Positions 38,335 to 52,702 of a stretch of DNA of 64,000 bases are shown in pieces (position 1 is the first letter of the stretch; each line of letters starts with the position of its first letter). The stretch is from Eledone cirrhosa. Taxonomy: Eukaryota. The notes under the pieces were generated by a model, which saw nothing but the letters and a program-made list of their open reading frames with translations, made no database searches and was not told the DNA's origin. The stretch is from positions 191,766,001 through 191,830,000 of the forward strand of contig OZ024743.1 of NCBI GenBank assembly GCA_964016885.1, read 5' to 3'. The translations under genes and the position numbers were made by a program.

Positions 38335-41300
38335 CTAGCAGAAGTACCCGGCGTTGCCCGGGTGTAAGTGGACCTTTACTCTGTTGTTAAAATGTGTGAA
38401 AGTTACTTCCCGCGCATCAGAGGTGCAAAAACTTTCGAACCTCAAGGAAAAAAACAGAGGTTAGTAGACGCAGGTGTGTAATTGAGCATAAATAATGGAT
38501 CAATTGTAGGTTCACAGTGTATCGTTGAAATTGTTCTTTGCACGACTGATGGAAGTCAAATTCACTTGAAATTGAATTTTCAGTTGATTTTTAAAGCAGG
38601 GTGAAAAAGTCGATTTTTTCAAAGTTTTTTTTTTTTTACAATTTTCGCGCTCACATGTGCAGAAGAAGAAATAAAGGGGACTTTATCTGAACCGCGGCAT
38701 AATGACGAGTCTTTTGCGACAGTTTTCAAAGAAATCGGACGTTCCTGTAAAAGGTTTTCCCATGTGCCTTGTTTTTTGCGCAAAGTCGAACTCCCGCTTC
38801 AGTTTTATTGATTTTTTACATGAATACGTGACCTCTGAAGTAGATTTGAGTAGCTTAAAACTAGCTAAATGCTATAAGTGAAAAAAAGTTGATCAAAATT
38901 GTGTCTAGGGTTATTGCACTTTGCAACAGCCTCAACGTGTCTTCAAGTATGGTTTGTTAATTTGTTGTGGAACTAAATCGACTTACGTCAAATCGGACCG
39001 AAGAAACAATGTTTCCATTTGTCTTTCTAGCTGGTGTACCCGGTTACACTCGGAGTTTATAAGGCGCTGGATGTAAACGGGTCTGCGCTAAATTCCAGCA
39101 GGATGCTTTAACCGAAATAAATGAAGAACAAACGTTTCTTTTTGTGCTCCAATCTGTGATATTGGTATTTAGAAAAAATAGTCCACAAACATCCATGGAG
39201 CATGTGTAACGCATGTATCAGGTTATGAGAAAAAGGCTTTTCGATTCTCCATTCATAGGATACCAAAAAAATGCACGCAAATAAACCGGGATTTTAAGGC
39301 ACTGCCCAATTCATAGCTGAAAGATAAGAATCAAGTGGAATAATGTTTTGCGACATTGTCAAATGTACAACCGTACAAAAGCAAAGGATATAGCCATTGA
39401 AATCTAGGTAGACCAAAGAATTTGGTGGGGTTGTATATCAGAGGATTGTTTTCCTTGTGATTCGCGTCTAGCCTACAAAGTGAAGTTAGATGATTGTAGT
39501 CGGTGTTGTATCAATAAAAAATAAAAGCACACGGAAGACTGAACACTTACGAATTAAGTGAAAATCACGTTGATATTCCTATCGGAGCAACATATGCCGA
39601 AAAACCTGACGGGCTGTTGTGTCAATATTGAAATCGTAGAAATTGCGAATCCCGACCTCTAAGCTGTAATGGATAGGCCTTGGAGGTGAAGAGGAAGATT
39701 TGGTACAATTGTTTTGCTGAACATGTTGACCATTAATTTAAATAGACTTACGCAGCATCATCGTACGGTTTTGTTGTTTATGGCCTAGAATGAGGGCCGG
39801 TTAAAGGCGGCAGAAAAATAAGCCATACTGATGATGTTTAGGGGCGTCACAGGGAATAAATGCGGCGTTGTGAGTCAACTGTGAGGACAGTGGAAGGCAG
39901 GCTGATCGCTTGAGAAGACGCGATGCTACACAGGATGCTTCTCGGCCATAATTGACAGAAAGGCATGTCAGGAGAAATGAAAGAGTTGCTATTCATCCTT
40001 TGCTTAGCATGATGAACATGTAATTAAAAAGATTTACCATGGACTATTGTACACGTTGGTATTGTGTTTAGCCTGCGAAAATCGGTGGTCAAATGGGGCA
40101 ACAATAAGCCATGCTGATGACGTTTAAGCGGGTGGCAATGAATTGATGCGGCATAGATAGCCATGGGAGTCTTGAAGGAGCACGGCGGTCAGGCAAAAGA
40201 AAGGGCCGAGAAGGGTATGGTGGCTGACAGAGCATGGATGCGGCATGGTGAGGCATGACGATGCAGTGGGACGACGGCGTGCAGAGAAGGGAGAGGGCAG
40301 GACTTGATGGTGGCAGGGATGTGGCTTGGTTAGGCATGGCAGTCTTGAAGGAACACGGCGGGCAGGCAAAAGAAAGGGCTGAGGAGGGGATGGTGGCCGA
40401 CAGGGCAGTAATGCGGCATGGTGAAGCATGACGATGCAGTGGGACGACGGCGTGCAGGGAAGGGAGAAGGCAGGGGTTGATGGTGGCAGGGATGCGGCTT
40501 GGTCAGGGATAGAAGTCTTGAGCTCTCCCGGAGTGTAGGCAATGGAAATGGGCAGGGGTGAACGGTGGCAGGGATTCGGCATGTTGAGCCGTGGCAGTCC
40601 TTAGGGACTACGGAGGGCAGGAAATGGAAAGGGCCGGGGAATGAATTGCGGCTGACAGGGCAGAGATGCGCATGGTGATGCACAACGATGCAGTGGGTCG
40701 ACGGCGTGCAGGGAATGGAGAGGGCAGGGGTTGACGGATGCCTCATTATGCTACGGTAGAGCGACCACGGCGGGAATGAAGAGATCATGGAGGCTCGATG
40801 ATCACTTGAGAAGACTGGGCGCAATACAGGATGATGCGCGGCGGTATAGTCTTGATAGTCCTTATATAAGAAATGGAAGAATCGGCATTTTGCTGAATAT
40901 AGTGAGCCTTAATTTAAAGAGACTTACGGTGGATAATCCTGATAGATTGAACGTTTTTTGCATGGAAGCAAGAAGAATGGCGTTTTTCGGTGACCGGATT
41001 TTTGCCTCTGGGAGTACGATTATCGATTTTTTGAAAATTTCAAGTAGTACCCCACGTTGATCCCCGCATCAAAATACATACCTACGTCAAATTTCATTGG
41101 AATCGGACAAATTTCGTAAATATCGATTTTTGCCTCTGGTGATCCAATTATCGATATTTCGAAATTTAATGTAGCTCACGTTCATCCGCGGATCAAAATA
41201 CATACTTGCGTCGAGTTTCACCGAAATCGGACGATTTTTGAAAATATCGATTTTTGGCTTCTGAGGGCCCGATTATCGAAGATTTTAAGTAGCCTATTCC

Positions 41301-41405
41301 AATCTACTACGAGTCGAGTTTTATGAAAATCTGATGAACGGTGTAGCCTGCAAGTTCGGGACACCAACAAACAAACAAACAACGCCCAACTTCACTTTAT
41401 ATATA
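38335..41405 (-). mobile_element. Non-autonomous Helitron with internal tandem repeats
   Basis: Minus-strand 3' end CCCGGGCAACGCCGGG hairpin plus TACTTCTGCTAG|T; 5' end TATATATAAAGTGAAG..(GTTT)n. Confidence 0.75.
40130..40740. repeat. GC-rich diverged tandem repeat (about 175-250 bp x3) inside the Helitron
   Basis: ATGCAGTGGG(A/T)CGACGGCGTGCAG recurs at about 40261, 40434, 40689. Confidence 0.85.
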
Positions 41406-41754
41406 AAATATATATATATATATTATATATAATCTCTCTATTTTCATTTACATTTATATATATATATTATATATATATAATCTCTCTATTTACATTTATA
41501 TATATATATATATATATAAGCTGAGAATATATATATATGAAAATAATCAGGATCCCGACAACTGAGCTCCGGCCTTTTCGACGGGGGTCCTGACTCTTTT
41601 CCTATTACCCACTCTACTACCCTAAGTATCTTGTATCTTTCCACACCTTTTTTGTTATATATATATATATATATTTTTTTTTTTTTACTCTTTTACTCTT
41701 TTACCTGTTCCAGCCATCCAGCTGAGGCCATGCTGGGGCATATATATATATAGT

Positions 41755-41946
41755 AACAATTGTTTCTACTTTAGGCACAAGGCCAGCAATTACCCAGTGC
41801 ATTACTGGTACTTTATTTTATCGACCCCGTAAGGATGAAAAGCAAAGTCAACCTCGGCAGGATTTGAACTCAGATCGTAAAGGGACGTAACTATGCTGGA
41901 AAGCATGGCGTCCGACCCTCTACCGATACTGCCAATCCACCGCCCT
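41755..41946 (-). mobile_element. Full-length tRNA-derived SINE (about 190 bp)
   Basis: A box TGGCAGTATCGG, B box GAGTTCAAATCC, central domain, end GTAGAAACAAT. Confidence 0.9.
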
Positions 41947-41957
41947 TATATATATAT

Positions 41958-42110
41958 AGTAATAATAATAAATGTGAAGACTAAAATCCAAAGAGGGCTC
42001 GATAAGGATAAATATATATCAAATATATAAGAACCCTAGAGCAAATACAGAAGATCTCGTTAAGGGTGAAAGCAGCGATTCTTTACTTAAACTTTAATAT
42101 GTTATAAATA
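41958..42110. mobile_element. Second mini-insertion of the Naiad-type PLE (tail plus inverted 3' end) in (TA)n
   Basis: 41958-42047 matches 38035-38123; 42048-42110 is the reverse complement of about 38123-38190. Confidence 0.85.
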
Positions 42111-42156
42111 TATATATATATATTTAAAGGAATAGAGGTGTAACACACAAGTTATG

Positions 42157-42369
42157 ATATATTGGTAAACGGAAAAGAAAATGCTGACAAATTGTTCACA
42201 GTGAAAAATAGTTTAATTAGGAATAAGTGAGAATTAGTAATAGTATTGGTTAGTATTCAGTTTTGGTTTTAAAACTGAATACTAACCAATACTATTACTA
42301 ATTCTCACTTATTCCTAATTAAACTATTTTTCACTGTGAACAATTTGTCAGCATTTTCTTTTCCGTTTA

Positions 42370-42378
<9 letters not shown>
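42157..42378. repeat. Perfect fold-back: 108-bp arms, 6-nt spacer, next to (TA)n
   Basis: 42157-42264 is the reverse complement of 42271-42378. Confidence 0.95.
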
Positions 42379-42432
<54 letters not shown>

Positions 42433-43059
42433 TTAAATTGTTTAAGAGTATTGAAGGTATTTTAATTTCAAAGATGTAGTATTTCTGCTAAAAACTAAAA
42501 ACATGATATTTGCCTCTGAAATTTCAAATCAGCAAGATAAGTTACAAAAGATTGGGAAAATATTTATTTTTTATGATCAGACAATAACTAGTAAAATGTC
42601 TTCAAACATATTGGGTTATTTACGACATATTGGTGATTTAGATAATCATTCAAACATCTCTGTTTTTACAGTCTATCAGTAAATCATTGTGCCAGAATGT
42701 TATGATAAATTGCAGTATCTCCAAAGATGTAATGTTAGACCAACTGTCTTATATATACTATACAAGAAGAAAGTATCTCAATTTCCTTTGTTTTCAGCTA
42801 TAATTTATTTTATTTTTTTGGTATTCACTAAAGCGTGCTGTTTATTAGATTCTTATTAATTCTATGATATACTAGCTTCGAATTCTATAATATTGTTACA
42901 ATTACCTATATTTAAATGACAATCGCTATGTATAAACATATTTTATCACCAATATTTATAATATATTTACTTTTATGGTATTGCCTTATATCAATGGTTT
43001 TGGTAAGAGTTTTTGCTTAATGTGTTATTTTCTTGTCACCGGAAAAAGCCTAGCTACAA

Positions 43060-43260
43060 AGGTCGACAGAAAAGTTCATATGCTGAAAGGTTTATAGGCT
43101 GACCAAGATACTCTGATAGAATGTCCAAATGGGGTTTATTTTTCAACATAGCACCCCTGTAAAGAAAAATTGCAGTTATTAATAAGAAGAGTTGAAATTA
43201 ATGCATGCAAGATTTCATTCCTTCATTGTCAGCCATGAACTTTTCAGCTGACCCTTGCGG
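43060..43260. mobile_element. Mariner-like MITE remnant
   Basis: GCTGAAAGGTTTATAGGCTGAC ... GTCAGCCATGAACTTTTCAGC inverted ends. Confidence 0.5.
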
Positions 43261-43324
43261 GTTGCACAAATCCTTTAAACACAAACATCTCAAGCACTAT
43301 GAATATTTCCAACGTAGACTTATA

Positions 43325-43526
43325 CAGGGTGGGCAAAAAGTCACTTCCTATTTTTAAAAAATTCATAGTTTTATTATTATTAATTTTTTTTTCTTCCAGA
43401 TTAAAGTTGAATAAAAACAAGATCCAATTATGAAAAAAAGACACGCTCCAGAAAAATTAGTTTTGAGTTAATTTGTGATGTTTTATGAATAAAAATAGGT
43501 AAAAAGTGACGTTTGGCCCACACCTG
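43325..43526. mobile_element. Tc1/mariner-type MITE
   Basis: TA|CAGGGTGGGCAAAAAGTCAC ... GTGACGTTTGGCCCACACCTG|TA terminal inverted repeats with TA duplication. Confidence 0.75.
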
Positions 43527-43929
43527 TATATTCAAGTTACGGTCGAATTAGTTTACCAGAGCAGCAAGTTTGCTATTTCATAAAGATATTATTCACTAAA
43601 AATATATAATATAGAGACTAATATAACGATATCAGCCTGCTGACAGCCATCACCCGGATACCAGTAATTGGAGCAGGTTGATTGTTGTTTGGGTGAGATA
43701 GCTGGGGTATGGTTTTGAAGGATATGTCTTAATTTAATTTATGGCTGATGCTGTACGGTTTTATGGGTAGAATTAGTTGTAGGATTGTGGCTTGAGCTTG
43801 CTTGCGTTCGTGGATAACATAGGTTTGATTTAGATTTGTTTACGTTCTAGTTGAGGCACGTAGTTATGAATATATTATATATTCATATATTTATTTTCTA
43901 ATTTAATAGAAATACAGACAATAAATAAA

Positions 43930-44900
43930 TTCACAGTTGTATAAATAGCATTGCAAATATTGATGGAAATATTAAAGAAAAAGAAAACAAATAAAAGGAT
44001 TAAAACGAAACCTAGCAACGAACAGAGGTGGGAAGGTATAAAGAAGGGTGGATCTGGCTGTATGGGTAAGTAGAAGAAAGGGCTATAAATGTCATAAATG
44101 AAAGGAAAGGGAGAGAAAAAACCAGGACTATGAAGCCTCGGAAGAAAGGGAGGACAAAACTGCAAAGGTATTTCGGCGGACAATACGCTGCAACAGCCAC
44201 CCCACCTCGCAGGGTTCCTTCCTTAAACAGACGAGCTGCTGGTGATCCGATTTTATGAAGGAGCTTGGTACGAGGTCCGAAGACGCCTGATGTCTCGTCG
44301 GCGACCGGTGCGAACAGGGAGCGGCCAGAAAAGCCCCGGTATTTGCTGTCTTCCTGTCTTCTGCATTGTGGGCTGCAGTATCGGGGTTTGTAGCCTAAGC
44401 GACTAAGTTGGATGCGCAGAACGTACCACAAAATGCGGCGTCCCAGATGAAGCATTAACCTCCTTCGAATGGAAAGAGGTTAAATCCATTGGGGCGCTTG
44501 CCGTCTCCGCGGTCGAGGCCTGCTGGTTCCAGTTGTAATGGGGAGCCAGCTGCACCCAGACTCTTTCTCAATATGTCATTGAGAGCGGCATGTCGGTGGA
44601 ACCAGCCGGCGCTCTGGTGGCATGGTAGTGGGTGCAGGCCAGAGTCATCAACGACGGCCCAACAACTGCATTTGTGTGGCTCACACACGCGGAGGTGGAG
44701 TCGTTGTGATATTCCGATGCGAGTGCACTCGCCGTCAAGAAGGTTATTGGTTAATGATGAGGGCACCGAATAATCCACGCACCGCTGTTTGGTTGCGAAG
44801 CGGATCGGAGGCAGGCACAGTGGTGTTGGTCTAAGCCAGACTCCACCTACGAGAGCGAAGACCTGCACTTATCGTCCCAGTTACGTTGCACAGTGGAATT
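43930..44900 (-). pseudogene. CRE-like non-LTR element 3' part (zinc knuckle plus restriction-like endonuclease)
   Basis: CSC..GLHPLPC..HRHAALNDIL..EPAGLDRGDGKRPNG, WD, KY..FAPVADETSGVFGP. Confidence 0.8.
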
Positions 44901-45319
44901 CATAACAGTGTTTGCTCAATCAAGAATTGGGGCTAAACAACAACAACACATACAATTGAAGAAATAACGAGAAACGATGAGTCAGTAAAACGTGTTAATC
45001 TGTACAATTATATATTTTATATTATTCAACGTGAGGCTAAAAGCTTTATGTTCGTGTTCTTTTGAAACTGGTGGTTTTTCTTGGGTACTTTGTTTTAAAA
45101 AGAAAAGATTTTCATCCAGTACTGCTTATTAAAACACAGCCGTCATTCATAATCGAGTATGACTTGGTAGTATGTACCATGCTTTCACTAAAGATTTTAG
45201 ATGTCAATGCAGCCGTGAGCAGACACGGACAGCCTCTTGACAGTCAGTCGACTGATCCAGCAGAACAACCAGGATGTGACAGCTGGAAGAAGAAAGTGTT
45301 GCACCTGATAGTACAACTG

Positions 45320-45955
45320 GGTTAGTACTTTCTTTATCGACCTCGAAAGGATGAAAAGCAAAGTGGACTGCGGTGGGATTTGAACTCGGAACGCAGAGAC
45401 CTCGAATAAATATTCAACGTTCTAAGGATACTGCCAAATTGCTCCCACCCCCACCCCTGTTAATGAAACAGTTATTCATTACGCAGTAATCCCGCTACTT
45501 CCTGGTGGTGAGTGTGTCTACACATGGTACCTATCTATATTACAGCACTAAAGATTGCTTAAGAACTGTTGGATCTTCATCGAAGAGTCCAGTACTGTAT
45601 AAAATTAGCCATGTATGTATTGTATGGACCCATTCTTGAGGGAGGGAGTCGAAGGGGTGACGTACTGAGAAATGTTGCTTCTAGGGCAATTTCAAATCTG
45701 GCGGAGCCCATCTCCTCTCCAGGTCTGAATATAGCAGATTTCTTCCAGAAGAGGATAGAGAGTGAGAGAAAGGAAGTGAGAAAGAGGTATTGAGGAAGAA
45801 TTGACCCCGGTAATAGACTAGCATTTTTTTTATCAACCTTAAATGGATGAAAAGCAAAGTTGACCTCAACGGGATTTGAACTCTGAGAGCAGAGGGTCGG
45901 AACAAGTACTGCAAAGCATTCTATCCGACGTTCTAACGACTCTGCCAATTTGCCC
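45320..45955 (-). mobile_element. Two SINE copies (45320-45450 partial; 45620-45955 long-body type)
   Basis: B box and central domain on the minus strand. Confidence 0.65.
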
Positions 45956-46519
45956 ATGTAAATGACACTAAATCATGATGTTATTCGCGTATACAACATA
46001 CCCACGCTCACAGACACAATTATGCACCCATGCTTAATGTCTAAACACATATGTTCTATACACAGATTAATTTATGTCACTGATGTTTTAGAAATCGGTG
46101 GGAGACAGAAGACGTATATCTACGTCACCCAGAACAGGTTAAAGACTACATACGCAATTCAAACACGCTTTTAAAATTCATCTGGATCCTTGAGTAATCT
46201 GGAAAAAGTTGTTCTACTAATAAAGTATTGCCGCAAAAGCAAAAAACAAAACAATACTGTGGATGAGAGAGTTAGTGCAAGTCAAGCACGATGGACAACT
46301 CTACAATATTTACTATAACGAAACATTCTACACAAAAGAGAAGAGACGATATCTTTTTGTCTAACAAAAAGAATAATAGAATAAATATTTTCATTAAAAA
46401 ATGTGTATAATAGATTGATTTGAAAGTTAGGTCCCTCCTCGAACCTTTTATCATTCAGTGAAACCTGGCCGTTGCAGTAGGGGAGCGTTCTCTGATGAGT
46501 GGGAGCCCATCTGTAGGCC

Positions 46520-46890
46520 GCTTCATGGTCCCAGTAGGCAGAATGGAGAAAACGTTGCCGTGGGGTGGCAATGGAGACGCAGTCTTGCTTCTGTGAGTAG
46601 CCAACCCTTCCCTAATAGTAGTGAGTAGGAAGTCTCAGCTGCTACAGGTTCGACCACAAACCTATCAGAGAGCGACTGATATTTTCGACGGTTTACCTTC
46701 TTCACTCGGACGAGCAACAAAGCCTGGGTTAGACGCCTAATGCACCAGAGTGCTGTTGGAGAAGGTGTCACAGTATGTATTGTCCCAGATGAGGGGCCTA
46801 CCATCACAGAACAAGAAGACTGTTATGCCATCTAGTTTATTGCCGCCCCCTCGGTCTTGTCCCGCTGTCTCGAGCTTGGAAGAAAAGCAT
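46520..46890 (-). pseudogene. Second, more decayed CRE-like endonuclease fragment
   Basis: WDNTYCDTFS and RRKYQSLSDRFVVEPVAAETS. Confidence 0.6.
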
Positions 46891-47849
46891 GCAGCGTGCA
46901 AACGTGTATATATAACTAAATAATACTGTTTAACTACATGCAGTTATACATAGATGTGTGTTGAATTTGTGTATGTGTGAATGTGTGTGTGTGTGTTATA
47001 TACGTGAGTATATCTATATGTATATATGCTTGTATGTATACGTCCAATAATGTTGTTTATTATCATGCAGTTATCGATATGTGTGTTAATGCAAAATGCG
47101 AGTGCTGTGTGTTTTTCTGTATGTGTATGCGTCCAATGTATGTATACGTCCAATGAATATACATCATCTCTTATAAAGAAATAATGCTGTTTACCAGCAT
47201 ACAGTTATAGATGCGTGGGTTAATGCAAAATGCGAATGCTGTGTGTTTTTGTATACATATGTATATGTTTTGTATACGCATATACATATATGCGTATGTA
47301 TATATTCGTGTATATATGGATATATGTATGTATACGTTCGTTGAGCCTGCATCATTTTGTGAACATTAAGCTTTAAGCTACGACTATTAATTTAGCTACA
47401 AACACCATTATGCCACTTCCATGTGATGGCGCCATTGTAGTCTCTTGCCAACGGTGTCCTGTCCGTGTGCTTAACTTCACACGCTACCGAACCGGACAGA
47501 CAGAAATCCAAGTTATTATTGAAAATATCGATATAATCGAATACGTGGCATGCATCCTTGATGCGTAAACTAACACACACTAAAACCTCTCCATACACCA
47601 CACAAAATTGTATTATGCTGTGTGTTAGATTGCATTTATACAGTACATTGCACATATACACTTTACGATTCTAATTTATACTACTACTGCTGCTGCTACT
47701 ACTACTGCTACTACTACTACCTCAACCACTACAACTATTAATACTACCACCATCACCACACCATCGCCACCACCCTCACCACCACCACAAACACCATCGA
47801 CGCCACCAACACCACTGCCGACACTACTACTACTGCTACTAATAATAAT

Positions 47850-48038
47850 AATTGTTTCTACTTTTGGCACAAGGCCAGCAATTATCCCAGTACATTACTG
47901 GTACTTTATTTTATCGACCCCGTAAGGATGAAAGGCAAAGTAAACCTCGGCGGGATTTGAACTCAGATCGTAAAGGGACGTAACTATGCTGGAAAGCATG
48001 GCGTCCGACCTTCTACCGATACTGCCAATCCACCGCCC
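47850..48038 (-). mobile_element. Full-length tRNA-derived SINE; tail runs into trinucleotide repeats at 47679-47850
   Basis: Near-identical to 41755-41946. Confidence 0.9.
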
Positions 48039-48449
48039 TAATAATAATAATAGTAATAGTAATAATACTTTTAAAAACACACTCTACTGCATTTCACGCT
48101 GATCAGAAAGCATTACATTTCTCTGGGAAATCACAAACTGAAAATGTCATCTAAATTTATATCATAGAACATTTACGCATAGAAAAACAAAATTGACTTA
48201 AGCATAGAGAAGGAGGTCAGTATGATAATGTTGAATAGCATCCTGACGGTCACTCCTATTATACTTTGGAGATCAGGATGCAAGAGCTTTTTTTGTTGTT
48301 GTTTTTTACATATTAACACATATGTAGTCTTCAGGAGAAATCTGTTTAGAGTTTCATTATTTTCTTACAGTGAACTTACAGTGTTCCTTGCTACTTATGT
48401 ATATATTATGTGTTGATGTCTTTCATATAACATCAACAACAGCTGCAGT

Positions 48450-48481
<32 letters not shown>

Positions 48482-49099
48482 CGAGGAGGGGAGGAGGGGA
48501 GAGGATGTGATGGTGGAGGAGGTGGAGGAGAATAAATTTATAACATTTATTCTGAACCACGACTATTCCAAATGCTATATCTCCGAAGATTCAGTCGTAT
48601 AATGATATCGGTTAAGTTGATAAGATTGCTATAAGCCCGCTAGATAGTTTCGGTATTAGCATGTAGTTAAATTATAGCTAGGATATATCGTTCACCGTTG
48701 GTGAGAACGAAGCAAAGAAAATGTCTTTATACAATAGCAATCTGTTCAGTTTCAAACATATGATTTATTGGATCTAAGTAAAAGTGAGAAATGATTATTA
48801 TACGTGGAGCAAGGAATATCGAATTATTTAGGATGTAAAAGGGTATATTCATCTCGCATCGGAATGTGATATCAACTTGGTTGATATCATTGCAGATATA
48901 TTGGGTTTATATTATCGACAAAGATGGATACTTCCTATCAAAACTATATTGTTTTTGTTGTCATTGTTTTATAACAAACACGTGGAAACATTCTGTTCAA
49001 TATAGTAGATATATAGTTATGGATTTACCGATATATTTGCTTGTGTATATGCCTGAGAGTGTATTTTCTTCACCTATCTAGTTATTTTGTTTATTTTAG

Positions 49100-50600
49100 A
49101 GATCACGACAAAGACCATGATGGAGCAAACCTTTCAGGGATTTGAGCAGAAGTCGCACCTGCGCAAAGCAAGGAATTATCCAGAGTGCTAATATCAATGC
49201 CGGGTCTCTCGCAGTAAATGTTCTTAGTACCCAGTCACTGATATATCGATATGTTGTTGACTACCAGTGAAATTGTTTTGTTTTTTTTTTAAATCTGTTT
49301 GAAGATGAAGCTATGCACAAGTCACGAATGTTTACACACTTTTTAGTTGTTACATTCTTTGGAACAAAGTAGAACATTTCGTTGGCATCCTCTTTCCGTT
49401 ACAGAGAGCTCGAATTTTTATGGTATTGAATGACATTCCATTATCATTCACCCATTTCTATATGATGTCTACGTCTTGTTAATCCATACAGATATCATCA
49501 TTTGTCTTAATCTCTCACGTGACTTTAATGTAGTCTACATGAGCAGTTGAATGTGGCAACCAGCATATTTTACTCTATGCTTGACAACATTCTGATAAAG
49601 AAAATTTATACTAAATGTTACCTTGTGGTTCTCAATGTATTACTCTAAATTCTTCTAATTGGGTTCTGTTAATAGTTACCATTTAACTTAGGTCATTCAA
49701 AAAAAGCAGGGATCTATATATCCAAACCTCCTGATATGCCAACGTATTTCAGCTTATGACGTAGGATTCTATGACCGACCTTATTAAAATCGTTGGTGAA
49801 ATTAATCTATACAGAAATAAGCCAGCAAATTGTTCAGAATTTGATTGTTTTACAAACAATGTTTTGGCTAGTTTTTTCTGGGGTGAAAATCATGTTGAGT
49901 ACCATCAAAAATATTCTGTTTAGTTTCCTTCTGGATATGACTAAGTAACACTAGCATGTAATAGTTTTGTCTGTGCTCTACAGTTACCTTTATGGATCGA
50001 TATTTAAGTGTTTCTTTCAATGTTTCTTGTAGTTGTCCAGCGTTGAAATAACTGCAATAGAGAATTTTTATAGGCCTATCAAGTCTGGAATTCCAGAATA
50101 CTAAGAGTAGAGCAATATATGTGTGCGTTTAAATCTATGGCAGCAAACATAAAGAAGGCTGAAATATTCTCATAAATCTACGAAGAGTTTTCTAATTATT
50201 TCGGACATATTTAATTAACGTATTCACTAGATTTGCAACATAGACCAGGATTTTGTGGTATATAGGGTATACTTAGAGGCAAGTTTTAGACATAAGCATA
50301 ATCACCAGAAGTGGGATGTGATGTTCTTAATATGGAAGGCTTACAATGGTCAAATTATAATTAGTTACGAAGAAATTGGCGGTAAAAGCAATCGATAAAT
50401 TTGAAAACCTCTCTCTAAAATGTTCTGATGCTAAGATTGTTGGAGCTAATCTGGGAGCACTAAGATTTAAAAAGTCGCTCAACTAGCCTGAATAAAAAAT
50501 ATAGGAATGCCATGGGATAGGAATGTCATAAAATTATCTTTGATAAAATGGAACGGGACAAAATAGCGTTTAACCCGGAGTGAAATTTTGTTAAAATGGT
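49100..50600 (-). mobile_element. Possible very old RTE-like RT relic
   Basis: Weak traces only (IDL, SGIP, EPQG, DD). Confidence 0.3.
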
Positions 50601-52294
50601 AGAGTGATATATAGTGGATTTTAAATTTTAACTTGACGATTTACCAAGAACAATCCAAGAGGTTGACTAGTTGAGTGAAAAACAAATAACACAACAGATT
50701 TGTAGTTTCCTACGTTGGTTGACATGCATTTACAACTTCCAGGCAAGAAACGATCATACCACTAAAGCATTACATAAGCTAACAAGACTCAGTAAACACT
50801 TTAGGAACAATAACACTGCTTTAAGCTTCGTTTCCAATCGAGCAGACAATGAGAATCTGGTTAGATTGAAACAATCGAATGTGCTCAATAGGATTAGTTA
50901 TCTGTTCCTGACAGTTGTCATAGACAGAAGTTCTGATTGCATCTACCGTAGATATAATTACTGTATTTTAAAGCGAGATCATATTACGCCACCTGCACCT
51001 TCGATCCAGCTGGAAAGAGCATTTGTTGATAAACTCCATTTACTGCTTACACATATTCCACCGATAAGTATCTAAATGCTATGATGGACATATTCTTAAA
51101 CAGAGCTTCTGACGCGGTAAACCGGCAGGCATTTTATCCATATTTATGCTGTATAAACTTGTCTTTATCATCCCAGAAATATTACTTGAATATTCCTACT
51201 GATATTTATTTACAATAGATTAATATGAGGAATATAACGAAATTTGAAACAATCTTTCTTATTTTAACAAGAGACCATAAGCTAATCTAATTATTATGAA
51301 AAGTGTGTCTTATTCAATCGTTATTCAATCGTAAACAGTGTCTTGTACAATGGGATATGAATATTTACACTATCTCTGTGTTTGTCTTAATAACATTTAT
51401 GTTTGAGAAGCCAGTCTCCCAGAGATATGTTGAAGGCATTGACAGTAAAGCTTTTTTCACAGCAATTTCATTAACGTAGAAATATTTTGTTTAAACTTGT
51501 ATCTAAAAGGAAATAAATTATTTAGAAACGTAGAAACATCTTTACTCCTCTGTATGTGTCCAGTGCCAAACATATATCTCTATAGTGATATTTAAGTCAT
51601 CTGTCAACGACATAAACTTATTTCAGATTCATGCATTTCTTTTCTGAAGATCTTCTCCTGAGACGTAATGTTGAAAACTAACAGATAAATTCTTTAAGTG
51701 TTCTGTAACAGTGTAACACAAATTTCTCACTCTGCACCAGCGATAAATATTAATTGTTGGAATGTGCATTAACCACTTAATACTCGATTTTCCCATCATT
51801 TTGGATTCCCTTTTATCCCTTAATCTTGAATGCTATTGTAAGGTATGAAGCACCCTTCACTGCGTAGAGGTATTGAGTTCATTAAAGTTGCTCAATTTAT
51901 CACTTGAATAAGCTAGTCTGGCTAGCCAATTCACGCCTCGTAACTATTGTGACTAATTTGGATGTCTGCCTTGTAGAGATTTGGAGAGCTTGATTCATAG
52001 CTAAAATAGCCTTAACTTTTCTCTAGCGTATATTGACAGGCAGTAGGAGCTGTTTGAGATCTACACTCATATCACATAATGCCTTTACAAGGTTTACAAA
52101 TCATACAGCCTAACTAAGTAAACTCGCGCACCACACCTTGAGTAGTTCTGTTCTAGACTGATCTATTTCTTTGAAATCAGAGGTGTTCCATTTTAAAACG
52201 ATGGGGTGCAATTTGGAGAAGATTTGGCTGAAACCTTTAACAGCTCAAACAATCATAAAATGCCTCATTGTCTATTATTAATGCTACAATTACT

Positions 52295-52702
52295 ATAATG
52301 GTTTCTGATTTAAGCAGAAAGTCAACACTCTTTGGGGAGGGGAAAGTTGATTAAATCGACCCCAGTACGTTACTGGTACTTTATTCTATCAACCCCGTAA
52401 GGAAGAAAGGCAAAGCTAACTTCGAAATGTAAAGGGCCGTATCTGTATGCCGCAAAGCATAATGTCCAATGCTCTAACGATACTGCCAATCCACCGCCCT
52501 TTCGCTGCTATTACTATAATTGTTTCTACTTCTTGGCACGAGGCCAGCAATTACCCAGTGCATTACTGGTACTTTATTTTATCGACCCCGTTAGGATGAA
52601 AGGCAAAGTTAACCTCGGCGGGATTTGAACTCAGACCGTAAAGCTGCGTAACTCTATGCTGCAAAGCATGGCGTCCCTCTACCGATACTGCCAATTCACC
52701 GA
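52295..52702 (-). mobile_element. Two tandem tRNA-derived SINEs
   Basis: Same family motifs as 41755-41946. Confidence 0.85.

Noticed and set aside
40089-40824. Pro/Cys-rich ORFs as a captured gene
   Set aside because: They arise from a GC-rich tandem repeat with inconsistent frames.
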